Part shown: piece by piece, positions 32,940-45,826 of the stretch
Layout of the letters: each line of letters opens with the position of its first letter
Numbering within the stretch: the stretch's first letter is position 1
Assembly (NCBI GenBank): GCA_963814585.1
Contig: CAWFDF010000011.1
Span: 96,001 to 160,000, forward strand
Source: an uncultured delta proteobacterium
GTDB lineage: Bacteria > Myxococcota > Myxococcia > Myxococcales > Anaeromyxobacteraceae
Length of the DNA stretch: 64,000 bases
Reading direction: 5' to 3'
Notes under the pieces: generated by a model
What the model was told of the DNA's origin: nothing
What the model saw: the letters and a program-made list of their open reading frames with translations, nothing else
The model's database searches: none
Position numbers and translations under genes: made by a program

Positions 32940-33112
32940 GTACCACGCTGAGGCCGCGAAAGCCATTTCAGATGTAATGTCAATCGCTTACGCGGGCATC
33001 GAGGTAGGCCTTTCCACGCAACCTCGCCGCGATTCTTGATTCGGATCACCATTCGAAGGGTCAATGCACCGCGCCTTCTCTGTCTAGGCAGACCGGAGGC
33101 ACCCAGAAGTGG

Positions 33113-34802
33113 TCATCGAGGCTCGGACTTGCCTCCAGGGATCGACTTCTCGAGGTTCGGCGCCTCGACCCTCCCCGGCCACCAGGTCAGGTCGAGCTGG
33201 ACCTTCACGCCGAAGGCGTCGGGGCCGAAGTTCATGTTGTAGCGGTTGGCCACGCCCAGCGACCCGTTCAGCTCCAGCTCCGGCCAGGTCCAGCCACCGC
33301 GCACGCCGCCGGCCAGCTCGACGTCCTCGCCAGCCAGGGTGTGGACCTGGTCGTAGTACCAGCGGCCGTTGCGCTGGACCCGCTCCAGCCAGCCGCCCAG
33401 CCAGGCGGGGCCGGAGAAGAGGTCCAGCGCCAGCCACTGGCTGTCGCCCTGCGGGCCGATCCCGGCGCCGAGCATCTGGCCGCCGATTGGTGTACCCCTG
33501 GATCTCCGCCCAGTGCGTGTAGAAGATCGGCACCCCGCGGGGCGGGTTGTTGGTCGGCTTCTCCAGCGTCTGGACCGCCTCGGCGACCAGGCGGACCCAG
33601 CCGGAGGAGGTCGGGAAGACCTTCTGCAGGCCGGCCATCCCGGCGCTGGCGTGCTCCGGCTGGGTGATGAAGTCCTCGAAGTTCCCGCTGTGGTCGTCAC
33701 GCCCCCACTCGCCGTACAGCTCGAGGCCGCTCTCCGGAAAGACCCAGCGCGCGTAGATCGAGGTCAGCTGGTTGTCCGGGTTGTCTCCGGTCGGATTCTC
33801 GTCGGTCGCCAGCGAGTGCTTCAGGTACGGCGCGATGAGCGGGAGGCCGAGGTACTGGGACGTGGTCAGACCGCCCGGCGGGACGGCGTAGACGTAGACC
33901 CGGGTCAGCCCGAGGAACAGGCCGGGCACCGCGGCCGGCTCGAAGCCGAGGTTGAGCGAGTTGAAGAACCGCGGCCTGGCCGTGCCGGTGGTGTCGAACC
34001 ACTTCGAGTCCCGGGGCCTGGCCCAGACCATCTGCGCCTCCAGCCAGCCGATCCAGATGTCCACCGGCCGCGAGGTGCCGAGGAAGAGGTGGGCCATCCC
34101 CGGCGCCGAGCTGGTCATCAGCAGCGAGTTGCGCTGTCCCGGTCCCCACCAGAGGTTCTCGGTCGAGGCTCCGGCGGCCACGCCCCAGCCGTCCACGCGG
34201 AGGGTGGTCTGCCCCGGGTCCAGGGTCCAGAAGGCCTCCGGACCGAAGCGGATGGGCAGGTCGATGGTGCCGTAGTTGAAGGGGTTGGCGTAGGGAGACT
34301 GGCCGGGGGTGGTGGCCAGCGGGAAGTAGAAGTCGCGGTTCTGCTGCCAGGCGACCACCGGCGCCACGGTGGCCGAGAGGAAGCGCCAGCGCAGCCGGAA
34401 GCCGCCCTCGATGGCGGTGGAGAGGCCGCGCCCGGACCAGAGCGCGCCGTCGTTCCGATCGTCGGCGTAGGCGGAGTTGAACCGGGTGCGCAGCCCGGCC
34501 GGCAGCGCGCGGACCTGGAGCTCGGCCGGCCGGGTGACCTCGAGCGTACCGGGGTGCGGGGCGCGGCCGTCACGGCAGAGGACCACCTCGGTCTGGCCCG
34601 ACCAGCGAAGGTGGAGCTGGGGGCTCACCGGGGCGGCGCCGGTCAGCTGGGCCAGCCGGGCGAGATCGGCCGTGGCGCTGCCGATGGGGCCAATCGCGAA
34701 GGCCGGGGCGCAGGTCGGCGAGGTGCCCTCGGTGGAAGGCCCCCCCGGCTCGGCCGCCGGGAGCGCGGCGAGCGCCGTGGCCAGCGCGGCGGCGATCAGC
34801 AT
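33113..34802 (-). CDS. Capsule assembly Wzi-like outer-membrane beta-barrel; +1 frameshift near 33487
   Basis: Signal peptide, NLWWGPG..NSLLMT, DNQL, LYGEWGRDD, GY.N.GQMLGAGIGP split across frames. Confidence 0.75.
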
Positions 34803-34864
34803 CAGGGCAAGCTAGGTGAGGGCGGACCGGAAGTCGAGTGGCAGGATGGTGGCCGTCCCGCCGC

Positions 34865-35323
34865 TCACCGCGACGTGACCGTGAGCCGCCCCAGCATCAT
34901 CTGGCGCTCGAACGGGCTCCCACCGCTCCCGCCGGCATCGGCCGAGGTGAAGGTGCCGCCACCGCGCAGCCCGGCCCAGGCGCCGGTGGCGCCGACCACC
35001 TCCCAGCGCCCGACGATGGGGGGATAGATGGCGCCGCGCAGCCTGGTGTCGAGCCGGAGCGTGATGGTGCCGAGCTTCCCCTCCAGCACCCGCTCGACGC
35101 GCTGCTCCGGCCCCACCAGCGAGCCGCGGTCGCGCGCCACGCCCTCGTCACGCCGGTCGCCGAGCACGAGTGAGAAGGTGCCGGTGAACTGCCAGGGCGG
35201 GAAGTGGACGTCGATCTCGGCGCGCTGGCCGGCGTGGGCGCCGCGCGGCACGGGCTGCGGCGCCGGCGCGGCCGGGCCCGGGGCCGCGTGCAGGAGCGCG
35301 GCGAGGAGGGCGGCGCAGGTCAC
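34865..35323 (-). CDS. Secreted hypothetical beta-rich protein
   Basis: Signal-like N-terminus, WEVVGATGAWAGLRGGG; GTGA-coupled to the kinase. Confidence 0.65.
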   Translation of the reverse strand: MTCAALLAALLHAAPGPAAPAPQPVPRGAHAGQRAEIDVHFPPWQFTGTFSLVLGDRRDEGVARDRGSLVGPEQRVERVLEGKLGTITLRLDTRLRGAIYPPIVGRWEVVGATGAWAGLRGGGTFTSADAGGSGGSPFERQMMLGRLTVTSR

Positions 35324-38300
35324 GGGCGCCTCCCGTCGCGCGGTGCCGTGGCGGCCGCCGTCGGCGCTGCCGGCGTGCGGCCATGGCGCCGCTCGCAGGC
35401 GGCGTGGCGGTCGGCGGCCTCGCCATCGGACTCACCGAGCAGGTGGAGCCGCTGCGCCGCGGTGAGGCAGGCCGAGGTGGCGGCCACCAGCCGCTGGCGC
35501 ACCAGCGGCCAGTCGATGGCGGCGATGCGGACGGCGCCGTCCGCGGAGGCCGTCGCCAGCTCGCGGCCGTCCGGGCTGAAGGCGGCCTCGGTGACCGCCG
35601 CCTGGTGGCCGCGCAGCAGCAGCGGCTCGCCGACGCCGTCGAGCGGCACGACGCGCACCGAGCCGTCGACCGACGCCAGCGCCAGCCGCCCCTGGTCCGG
35701 GCTCCAGGCCGGCGCCCAGAGCCGCTCCGGCCAGGCGCGCAGCGGCGGCAGCTCGGAGAGGTCGGAGACGCGGAAGAGCCGCAGCGCGCCGTCGAGCTCG
35801 GCCACCGCCAGCAGGTCGCCGCGCGGCGAGAGGCCGGCCCGGAAGACGGCCCGGTCGGCGCGCAGCACCCGCGGCGCGCCGCCGTCGATCGGCCAGAGCC
35901 GGACGGTGGCGTCGAGCTGCGAGGCCGAGACCACCGTCCGCCCGTCGGGCGAGAAGGTGACGTGGGTGATGCCGGCCTCGTGCCCCTCCAGGCGAACCAC
36001 CTCGCCCCGCCCGTCGGCGTCGTGGAGCCGGATGACGCCGTCGAGGCCGGCCGTGGCCACCCGGTCGCCGCCGGGGCTCCAGGCGGCGAAGAGGATGGGG
36101 GCGCCGGCCGGTGGCAGCGCCCGGAGCAGCGCACCGTCGGTGGCGTCCCAGATCCTCGCCACGCCGTCCTCGGAGCTGGTGAGGATGCGCCGCTCGGCGG
36201 GATCCCAGGCGGCCGAGTGGATGACGCCGGCCGGATCGTCCACCTCGAGCAACTTCCGGCCGCTGGCCCGGTCCCAGGTGCGGGCGCTGCCGTCGTGGCT
36301 GGAGGTGAGCAGGCGGCGGCCGTCGCGGCTCCAGGTCACGGTGTCCACCAGCTTGGCGTGGCCGGCCAGGAGGCCGCGCCCGCCGGCGTCACCGAGCGGC
36401 CAGACGCGCAGCGTCCCCTCGCGGGAGCGGGTCACCACGCGGCTGCCGTCGGGGGCGAAGGCCGCCGCCACCACCGATGGCCCCTCCAGCGGTGTGGCGT
36501 CCGGCTCGCCACGGCCGGACCAGAGCAGGGCCCGGCCGTCGGCTCCGAAGGTGACCAGCCGGCTCCCCGCCGGTGACCAGGCCAGGCTGAAGGGCTCGCC
36601 ATGGGCCCGGAGCCGCTGCGGCTCGGCGCCCGGATCGCCGGCATGGAGCCGGAGCGTGCCGTCCACGGCCGCCGCGGCCAGCCGGCCCGTCACCGGATCG
36701 AAGGCCAGCGCCGTGATGGCGGGCCCGGCGCTCCCCAGCTGGCCGCGCGGCTCGAGCCCCGGGCCGAAGATCCGGATGACGCCGCCGTCCCCGGCCACCG
36801 CCAGCCGGGCCCCGTCGGGCGAGAGCGCCAGCGCGTAGGCCGCCTGGCCGATGGAGCGGCGCGCCAGCGCGGCGCCGGTGGCCGGATCGAGCAGGTGGAG
36901 CTCGCCTTCGGCGTCGGCGGAGACCAGCCGGTCGCCGCGTGGCGTGAAGGCGAGGGCGAAGACCGGCGCCTCGTGGAGCACCGTCGCCACCACCCGCGGT
37001 GAGTCCAGCGCCACCAGCACCAGCCGGCCGTCGAGGGTGGCGACCGCGGCCCGCGTCCCGTCTGGGGACACCCGCAGGCGCACCAGCGGCGAGCCGCCGA
37101 GCGGGAGCGACACGGCCGGCGCCCCGCCGTCGAGCCGGTGCAGGTGCAGCGAGCCCTCGTGGCCGGCCGCGACGAGGAGCGTCCCGTCGGGCGTGAAGGC
37201 CAGGTCGTCGACGCGCAGCCCGGCGTGGCGCAGCGGGAGGGGGGCGCCGGTGCCGTCGGTCCGGTAGATCGCCACCCCGCCATCCCGCAGCGCCGCGGCG
37301 GTCAGGGCGCCGTCGGGAGAGGTCGCCAGCGCGACGCCGTGGCGGGCTCCCTCCAGCACCACCGCCGGGATGAGGCCGTCCAGGACCCGCTGCGCCACGT
37401 CGACGGCGCGCGGCGGAGGCTGGTCGGGGAGCTCGGAGAGCAGCAGGACCGCCAGCAGCGGATCGGTGGCCGCCTCGGCGCTCGCCAGCAGCCGGCTCGA
37501 GCGCAGCGCCCGCTCCGCCTCGGCGCGGGCCCGCAGCGCCAGGCCGGCGATCCCGCCGGCCAGCACCACGGCGACGGCGCCGACCGCCCAGACGGCCCGG
37601 CGCAGCCGCCGCTGTCGCCCGGCCCGCGCCTCGGCGGCGACCCGCGCGGCGTAGGCCTGCTGCACCCGCAGCAGCCCGTCGAGCCAGGCCCGGGCCTCCT
37701 GCGGCCGGCTGGCCGGATCGCGGGCCAGGGCGCTCCCCAGCAACGCCACCAGCTCGGGCGGCGCGTCGGGGAGCGGAGGTGGCGGCGGCGGGCCGGGGCC
37801 GAGCACCGCCGAGCGGCCACCTGCGACCGGGTAGGGGAGGGATCCGGAGAGCGACTCGTAGAGCACCGCCGCGGCGCCGTAGACGTCGGTGCGGGCGTCC
37901 TCGGGCTCGGCCCGCAGCTGCTCGGGCGCCATGTAGGCCGGCGTGCCGGCGGCCAGGGCCGCCCGCCCCATGATCGAGGCCAGGCCGAAGTCGACCAGCT
38001 TCACCGTCCCCTGCTCGGTGAGGAAGACGTTGCCCGGCTTGAGGTCGCGGTGCAGCACGCCGGCGGCGTGGGCGGCCTCGAGCCCGCTCGCCACCTCCAC
38101 CGCGATCCGCAGGGCCTCGGCCGGGGGGAGCGGCCCGCGCCGCAGCCGCGCCGCCAGGGTCTCGCCCCGCAGCAGCTCCATGATCAGGTACGGTGTCCCC
38201 TCGTGGACCCCGGAGTCGTGGAGGGTGACCACGTTGGGGTGGTTGAGCCGCGCCGCCGCCTCGGCCTCCTCCTGCAGCGGCTTGGCCAGCCTCTCCAGCG

Positions 38301-38541
38301 CGCGGATCCGGCCCGGCCGGATGGCCTTGAAGGCCACCGCCCGCGACAGCTCCCGGTCGCGGGCCTCGAAGACCAGCCCGAAGCCGCCGCGCCCCAGCTC
38401 GCGGGTGAGCTCGAAGCGCCCGGCCACCACGTCGCCCGGCCGCAGCTCGGGCAGCAGGTCCTCCGGCGCGCGGCTCGGCGCCTCGGCCAGCTCGCTGAGG
38501 AGCGCCGAGATCGAGGTGGAGGGCTCGAGCTTCTGGCTCAC
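35320..38541 (-). CDS. Ser/Thr protein kinase with TM helix and WD40 repeats
   Basis: GRGGFG, AFK, HRDLKPGN, DFG, GTPAYMAPE; many GH...FSPDG...W repeats. Confidence 0.92.
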   Translation of the reverse strand: MSQKLEPSTSISALLSELAEAPSRAPEDLLPELRPGDVVAGRFELTRELGRGGFGLVFEARDRELSRAVAFKAIRPGRIRALERLAKPLQEEAEAAARLNHPNVVTLHDSGVHEGTPYLIMELLRGETLAARLRRGPLPPAEALRIAVEVASGLEAAHAAGVLHRDLKPGNVFLTEQGTVKLVDFGLASIMGRAALAAGTPAYMAPEQLRAEPEDARTDVYGAAAVLYESLSGSLPYPVAGGRSAVLGPGPPPPPPLPDAPPELVALLGSALARDPASRPQEARAWLDGLLRVQQAYAARVAAEARAGRQRRLRRAVWAVGAVAVVLAGGIAGLALRARAEAERALRSSRLLASAEAATDPLLAVLLLSELPDQPPPRAVDVAQRVLDGLIPAVVLEGARHGVALATSPDGALTAAALRDGGVAIYRTDGTGAPLPLRHAGLRVDDLAFTPDGTLLVAAGHEGSLHLHRLDGGAPAVSLPLGGSPLVRLRVSPDGTRAAVATLDGRLVLVALDSPRVVATVLHEAPVFALAFTPRGDRLVSADAEGELHLLDPATGAALARRSIGQAAYALALSPDGARLAVAGDGGVIRIFGPGLEPRGQLGSAGPAITALAFDPVTGRLAAAAVDGTLRLHAGDPGAEPQRLRAHGEPFSLAWSPAGSRLVTFGADGRALLWSGRGEPDATPLEGPSVVAAAFAPDGSRVVTRSREGTLRVWPLGDAGGRGLLAGHAKLVDTVTWSRDGRRLLTSSHDGSARTWDRASGRKLLEVDDPAGVIHSAAWDPAERRILTSSEDGVARIWDATDGALLRALPPAGAPILFAAWSPGGDRVATAGLDGVIRLHDADGRGEVVRLEGHEAGITHVTFSPDGRTVVSASQLDATVRLWPIDGGAPRVLRADRAVFRAGLSPRGDLLAVAELDGALRLFRVSDLSELPPLRAWPERLWAPAWSPDQGRLALASVDGSVRVVPLDGVGEPLLLRGHQAAVTEAAFSPDGRELATASADGAVRIAAIDWPLVRQRLVAATSACLTAAQRLHLLGESDGEAADRHAACERRHGRTPAAPTAAATAPRDGRRP

Positions 38542-39122
38542 TCCAGGAGTCCTTCCTGCCGCGCCCGCTCGGCCAGCTTCTCCTTGAGCCGCTCGAAGCG
38601 CTTGCGCAGGGCCGACTCCTCGACCGGGACGGCGCCCTCTTCGCCCAGCACCAGCGCCACCTCGCCCCAGGCCAGGCCGCGGTCGACGCGCAGCACCAGC
38701 AGGGTCCGCTCGTCGGGGCTGAGCCCCTCGCGGAGCCGGTCCAGCGTGGCCTGCCGGGCCTGGTCGCGCCCGAGGAAGATGGAGGAGCGGATCTCGTCCA
38801 CCAGCCGCGACAGCTCGGTGGTCTCCAGCCGCCGGCCCCGGCCACGGTAGGGATCGCGCAGGAAGCGGGCGGCGGCGTGCCAGGCCAGCCGGTAGCACCA
38901 GACCCGCAGCGGGCACTCCCGGCGGAAGCCGGGCAGTCCGCGCCAGAGGTCCTCGCTGAACATCGAGAAGACCTCGCCGGCGTCGGCCTCGCTGCGCAGC
39001 ACCGAGCAGAGGTAGCCGAGCAGCTGCGGGCCGTACTCCCGGATCACCAGCGTGGCGGCGCCGGCGTGGTCGCCGCGATCGAGCGCGTCCAGGCAGCGGG
39101 CTTCCGCGTCGACCGGGGCCAT
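38538..39122 (-). CDS. ECF sigma factor
   Basis: Sigma2 (DLWRGLPGF...RVWCYRLA) and sigma4 (LSPDERTLLVLR...EVALVLG...LRKRFER); strong RBS GGAGGAGG; overlaps the kinase start. Confidence 0.88.
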   Translation of the reverse strand: MAPVDAEARCLDALDRGDHAGAATLVIREYGPQLLGYLCSVLRSEADAGEVFSMFSEDLWRGLPGFRRECPLRVWCYRLAWHAAARFLRDPYRGRGRRLETTELSRLVDEIRSSIFLGRDQARQATLDRLREGLSPDERTLLVLRVDRGLAWGEVALVLGEEGAVPVEESALRKRFERLKEKLAERARQEGLLE

Positions 39123-39137
39123 GCGCCTCCTCCAGCC

Positions 39138-39318
39138 TAGTGCCCCGACCCAGGCAAGATGCCTACTGCGAGAGCCGATCCTCTCGCTGCGGCAGGCGGC
39201 CTCGTCGGTCCGCTGCTCAGAGTAGCGCTGCTACGCTTCCGCTGCTCCCTCCTCAGGCGCCAGCCTCGCTTCGGTCTCGGCTCTCTCGTCACGTCATCTT
39301 GCCTGGGTCGGGGCACTA
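39138..39318. mobile_element. MITE-like non-autonomous element (181 bp, TA ends, IS630-like)
   Basis: Perfect 24-bp terminal inverted repeats TAGTGCCCCGACCCAGGCAAGATG / CATCTTGCCTGGGTCGGGGCACTA; internal symmetry; no ORF. Confidence 0.8.
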
Positions 39319-40527
39319 AATCCCCAGCTGCTCCACCGTGTAGCCCTGGGCGCGGAGCGCGGCGAGGATCTCGTCGACGTGCTCGGGGCCGCGGGTCTCC
39401 AGCGTGAGCTGGAGCGTGGTGCCGCCGAAGCGCGAGGCGAAGGCGCGGGTGTGGTGGACCTCGATGACGTTGGCGCGGGCGCCGGCGATGATGGCCGAGA
39501 CCACGGCCAGCTGGCCCGGCTTGTCGAGCAGGTTGACGCTGATGCGGACCAGGCGGCCGTCCTTGACCAGGCCGCGCTCGATGATGCGGGCGATCAGGTT
39601 CACGTCGATGTTGCCGCCCGAGATGATGGCTGCCACCCGCTGGCCGGCCAGGCCGCCCAGCTTGTGGTTCATCAGCGCCGCCACGCCCACCGCGCCGGCG
39701 CCCTCGGCCACCGTCTTCTCCTTCTCGAGCAGGTAGAGGATGGCGCTGGCGATCTCCTCCTCGGAGACGGTGACGATGTCGTCGACGTACCTCTGGACGT
39801 GCTCGAAGGTGAGCTCGCCGGCCCGCTTCACGGCGATGCCGTCGGCCAGCGTCGAGGACGGCTCCAGCGTCACCAGCTGGCCAGCCTCGATGGCCGCCTT
39901 CATGCAGGGGATCAGCTCGGCCTCGACGCCGATCACCTTGAGGGCGGGCCGCTGCGTCTTGAGGGCCACCGCCACGCCGGAGATGAGGCCGCCGCCGCCC
40001 ACCGGCACCAGCACGGCGTCGAGGTCGGGGACCTGGTCGAGCAGCTCCAGCCCGATGGTCCCCTGGCCGGCGATGATGTCGGCGTCGTCGAAGGGGTGGA
40101 CGAAGGTGAGCCCCTCGGCCCGCTCCAGCCGGCGGGCCTCGCCGTAGGCCTCGTCGTAGTTGGCGCCGTGGAGCACGATGCGCGCGCCGTGGGCCCGGGT
40201 GTTGGCCACCTTCATGATGGGGGTGGTCTCGGGCATGACGATGGTGGTGGCCACGCCGAGCCGGCCGCCGTGGTAGGCGACGGCCTGGGCGTGGTTGCCG
40301 GCGCTGGCGGCGATGAGGCCGCGGGCCCGCTCGGCGGGCGCCAGCTGCAGCAGCTTGTTGAGGGCGCCGCGCTCCTTGTAGGCCCCCGTCATCTGGAGGT
40401 TCTCCAGCTTCAGGAAGGTCTCGGCGCCGCTCAGGCGGGAGAGCGTCTCCGAGCGGGCGCACGGGGAGAGGTAGATGCGATCGCGGATGCGGCCGAGCGC
40501 GGCCTGGACGTCGGGCAGGGTCACCAT
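39316..40527 (-). CDS. ilvA: Threonine ammonia-lyase with C-terminal ACT domain
   Basis: KLENLQMTGAYKERG, SAGNHAQ, GQGTIGLE, GGGGLISG, SGGNID, DKPGQL. Confidence 0.93.
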   Translation of the reverse strand: MVTLPDVQAALGRIRDRIYLSPCARSETLSRLSGAETFLKLENLQMTGAYKERGALNKLLQLAPAERARGLIAASAGNHAQAVAYHGGRLGVATTIVMPETTPIMKVANTRAHGARIVLHGANYDEAYGEARRLERAEGLTFVHPFDDADIIAGQGTIGLELLDQVPDLDAVLVPVGGGGLISGVAVALKTQRPALKVIGVEAELIPCMKAAIEAGQLVTLEPSSTLADGIAVKRAGELTFEHVQRYVDDIVTVSEEEIASAILYLLEKEKTVAEGAGAVGVAALMNHKLGGLAGQRVAAIISGGNIDVNLIARIIERGLVKDGRLVRISVNLLDKPGQLAVVSAIIAGARANVIEVHHTRAFASRFGGTTLQLTLETRGPEHVDEILAALRAQGYTVEQLGI

Positions 40528-40649
40528 GTCGGGGGCCGGAAGGTACCGCGCGCCGCGCGGGGCGTGCAAGCGGAGGCTCCGGACGGCGGAGGCACCCCGA
40601 TGCGAAGCCGCCAGCGGTCCGGCGCGAACCCGGCCCGCATGAGGTGAAG

Positions 40650-41177
40650 CTAGTGCTGGACCAGCCGCCGGGCCAGCTCGACGCGGTTGCGCACGCCCAG
40701 CTTGTCGAAGATGGTCTTGAGGTGGCTCTTCACCGTCTGGGAGGCGATGCCGAGCCGCTCGGCCACCTCGCGGGAGCGCAGGCCGTCCGCCACCAGCAGC
40801 GCCACCTCGCGCTCGCGCTGGGTGAGGCCGTCCGCGGAGGGGGGCGCCGGGACGTCGCCGCTCGACGGCGTCAGCTCCGGGATCGGCTCGCGCCAGAGGT
40901 GGAGCTGGGTCTTGCCCTTGCCGACCGCGGTCACCTCGATCCGCAGCCGCTCGCCGTGCCCCTCCATCACCAGCGTCCGCCGGACGCCCGGCGGGCCGAC
41001 CTGGGCACCGTCGGTGAGCCCCTTCAGCTCGGGCGGCAGGACGTTGCCATCCGAGGCCTGCGGGAAGAAGACTCGCAGCATCTCCTCGGCCTGCCGGTCG
41101 CAGTGAAGCTGGCCGCCCAGCTCCGCGTGGGCCGCGGCGCCTCGCGGCGCCGGGACGCGGATGTTCGCGCGCATCAT
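40650..41177 (-). CDS. LuxR-family HTH regulator (no receiver domain)
   Basis: LTQREREVALLVADGLRSREVAERLGIASQTVKSHLKTIFDKLGVRNR. Confidence 0.85.
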   Translation of the reverse strand: MMRANIRVPAPRGAAAHAELGGQLHCDRQAEEMLRVFFPQASDGNVLPPELKGLTDGAQVGPPGVRRTLVMEGHGERLRIEVTAVGKGKTQLHLWREPIPELTPSSGDVPAPPSADGLTQREREVALLVADGLRSREVAERLGIASQTVKSHLKTIFDKLGVRNRVELARRLVQH

Positions 41178-41339
41178 GTGTCCCCCTGTTCTGCGGTTCC
41201 AGGTTGGAGACCGGGCGCATTCTACCACCAGAGGGGGGCAGAGATCACCCCTTGGAGCTAAGGCCGCAGGACTACGAAGAAAAGTAAAATTCCGAATACA
41301 GCCGGAGGCGCCGGGGGAGCGGATCCCGTTCCAGGGGAC

Positions 41340-44979
<3,640 letters not shown>

Positions 44980-45111
44980 GGACCTTCTGGTGCGGCGGCG
45001 GGAGAGACCGGGTTCATAGCAGCCCGGTCTGACCCTTCAAGGCCCATCGGCGGGGATTCTTCGCGCGCCTCCCGGCGGCGGCCTACCCCTTGGGACCCCT
45101 GGAGTTCCGCC

Positions 45112-45618
45112 TCACCGGCCCTTCGGTCGCCTGGCGATCTTCCTCGCTCCGGAGCGCCTGGCGAGTCCCTTGGGACCCTTGGCGACCCGCTTCGCCGCGC
45201 CCTTCGGACCCTTGGCGATCCGCCTGGCCGGACTCTTCTTCTTCGGCCTGGCGGCGGGGGCGGCGAGGTGACAGACCGCCTCCATGTTGTGGCCGGAGGG
45301 ATCGAGGACGAAGGCGGCGAAGTAGTTGGGGTGGTAGTCGAGGCGCAGGCCGGGCGGCCCGTTGTCCGTGGCGCCGGCGGAGAGGGCCGCGGCGTGGAAG
45401 GCGCCGACGGCGGCGCGGGTGGGGGCGGAGAAGGCCAGGTGCTGCGGCCGTGCCTCAGGGTCCTGCACCAGCCAGAAGTCGAGCTTGCCGCCGACGCCCA
45501 GGCCGGCGCCGTCGGGGAACTCCATCCCCAGCTTGTAGCCGAGCGGGGCGAGGGCGGCGAGGTAGAAGGCCTTGGCGGCGGCGAGGTCGCGGACGCGGAG
45601 CGTGACGTGGTCGATCAT
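45112..45618 (-). CDS. VOC/glyoxalase family protein with basic repeat tail
   Basis: MIDHVTL, HLAF, DNGPPG, AAFVLDPSGHNMEAVC; tail with AKGPKG repeats. Confidence 0.88.
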   Translation of the reverse strand: MIDHVTLRVRDLAAAKAFYLAALAPLGYKLGMEFPDGAGLGVGGKLDFWLVQDPEARPQHLAFSAPTRAAVGAFHAAALSAGATDNGPPGLRLDYHPNYFAAFVLDPSGHNMEAVCHLAAPAARPKKKSPARRIAKGPKGAAKRVAKGPKGLARRSGARKIARRPKGR

Positions 45619-45826
45619 CGAGGGCCTCACGGAGGGTGCGGGTGGAGGGAGGAGGGCAGATCGCATCCTAGTGTCCGGCGAGGTGATCGGATGGGACAAG
45701 GACCGGCACGGCCCGAACGGGGTGCTTCCGTCCGTCGACCGCGCCGCGACCCTTCACCGCGAGGTCGGGTACGCCGATCCGCACGGAACCATTGGATATT
45801 CTGGTTCGATGACCGGCGCGGTATCG

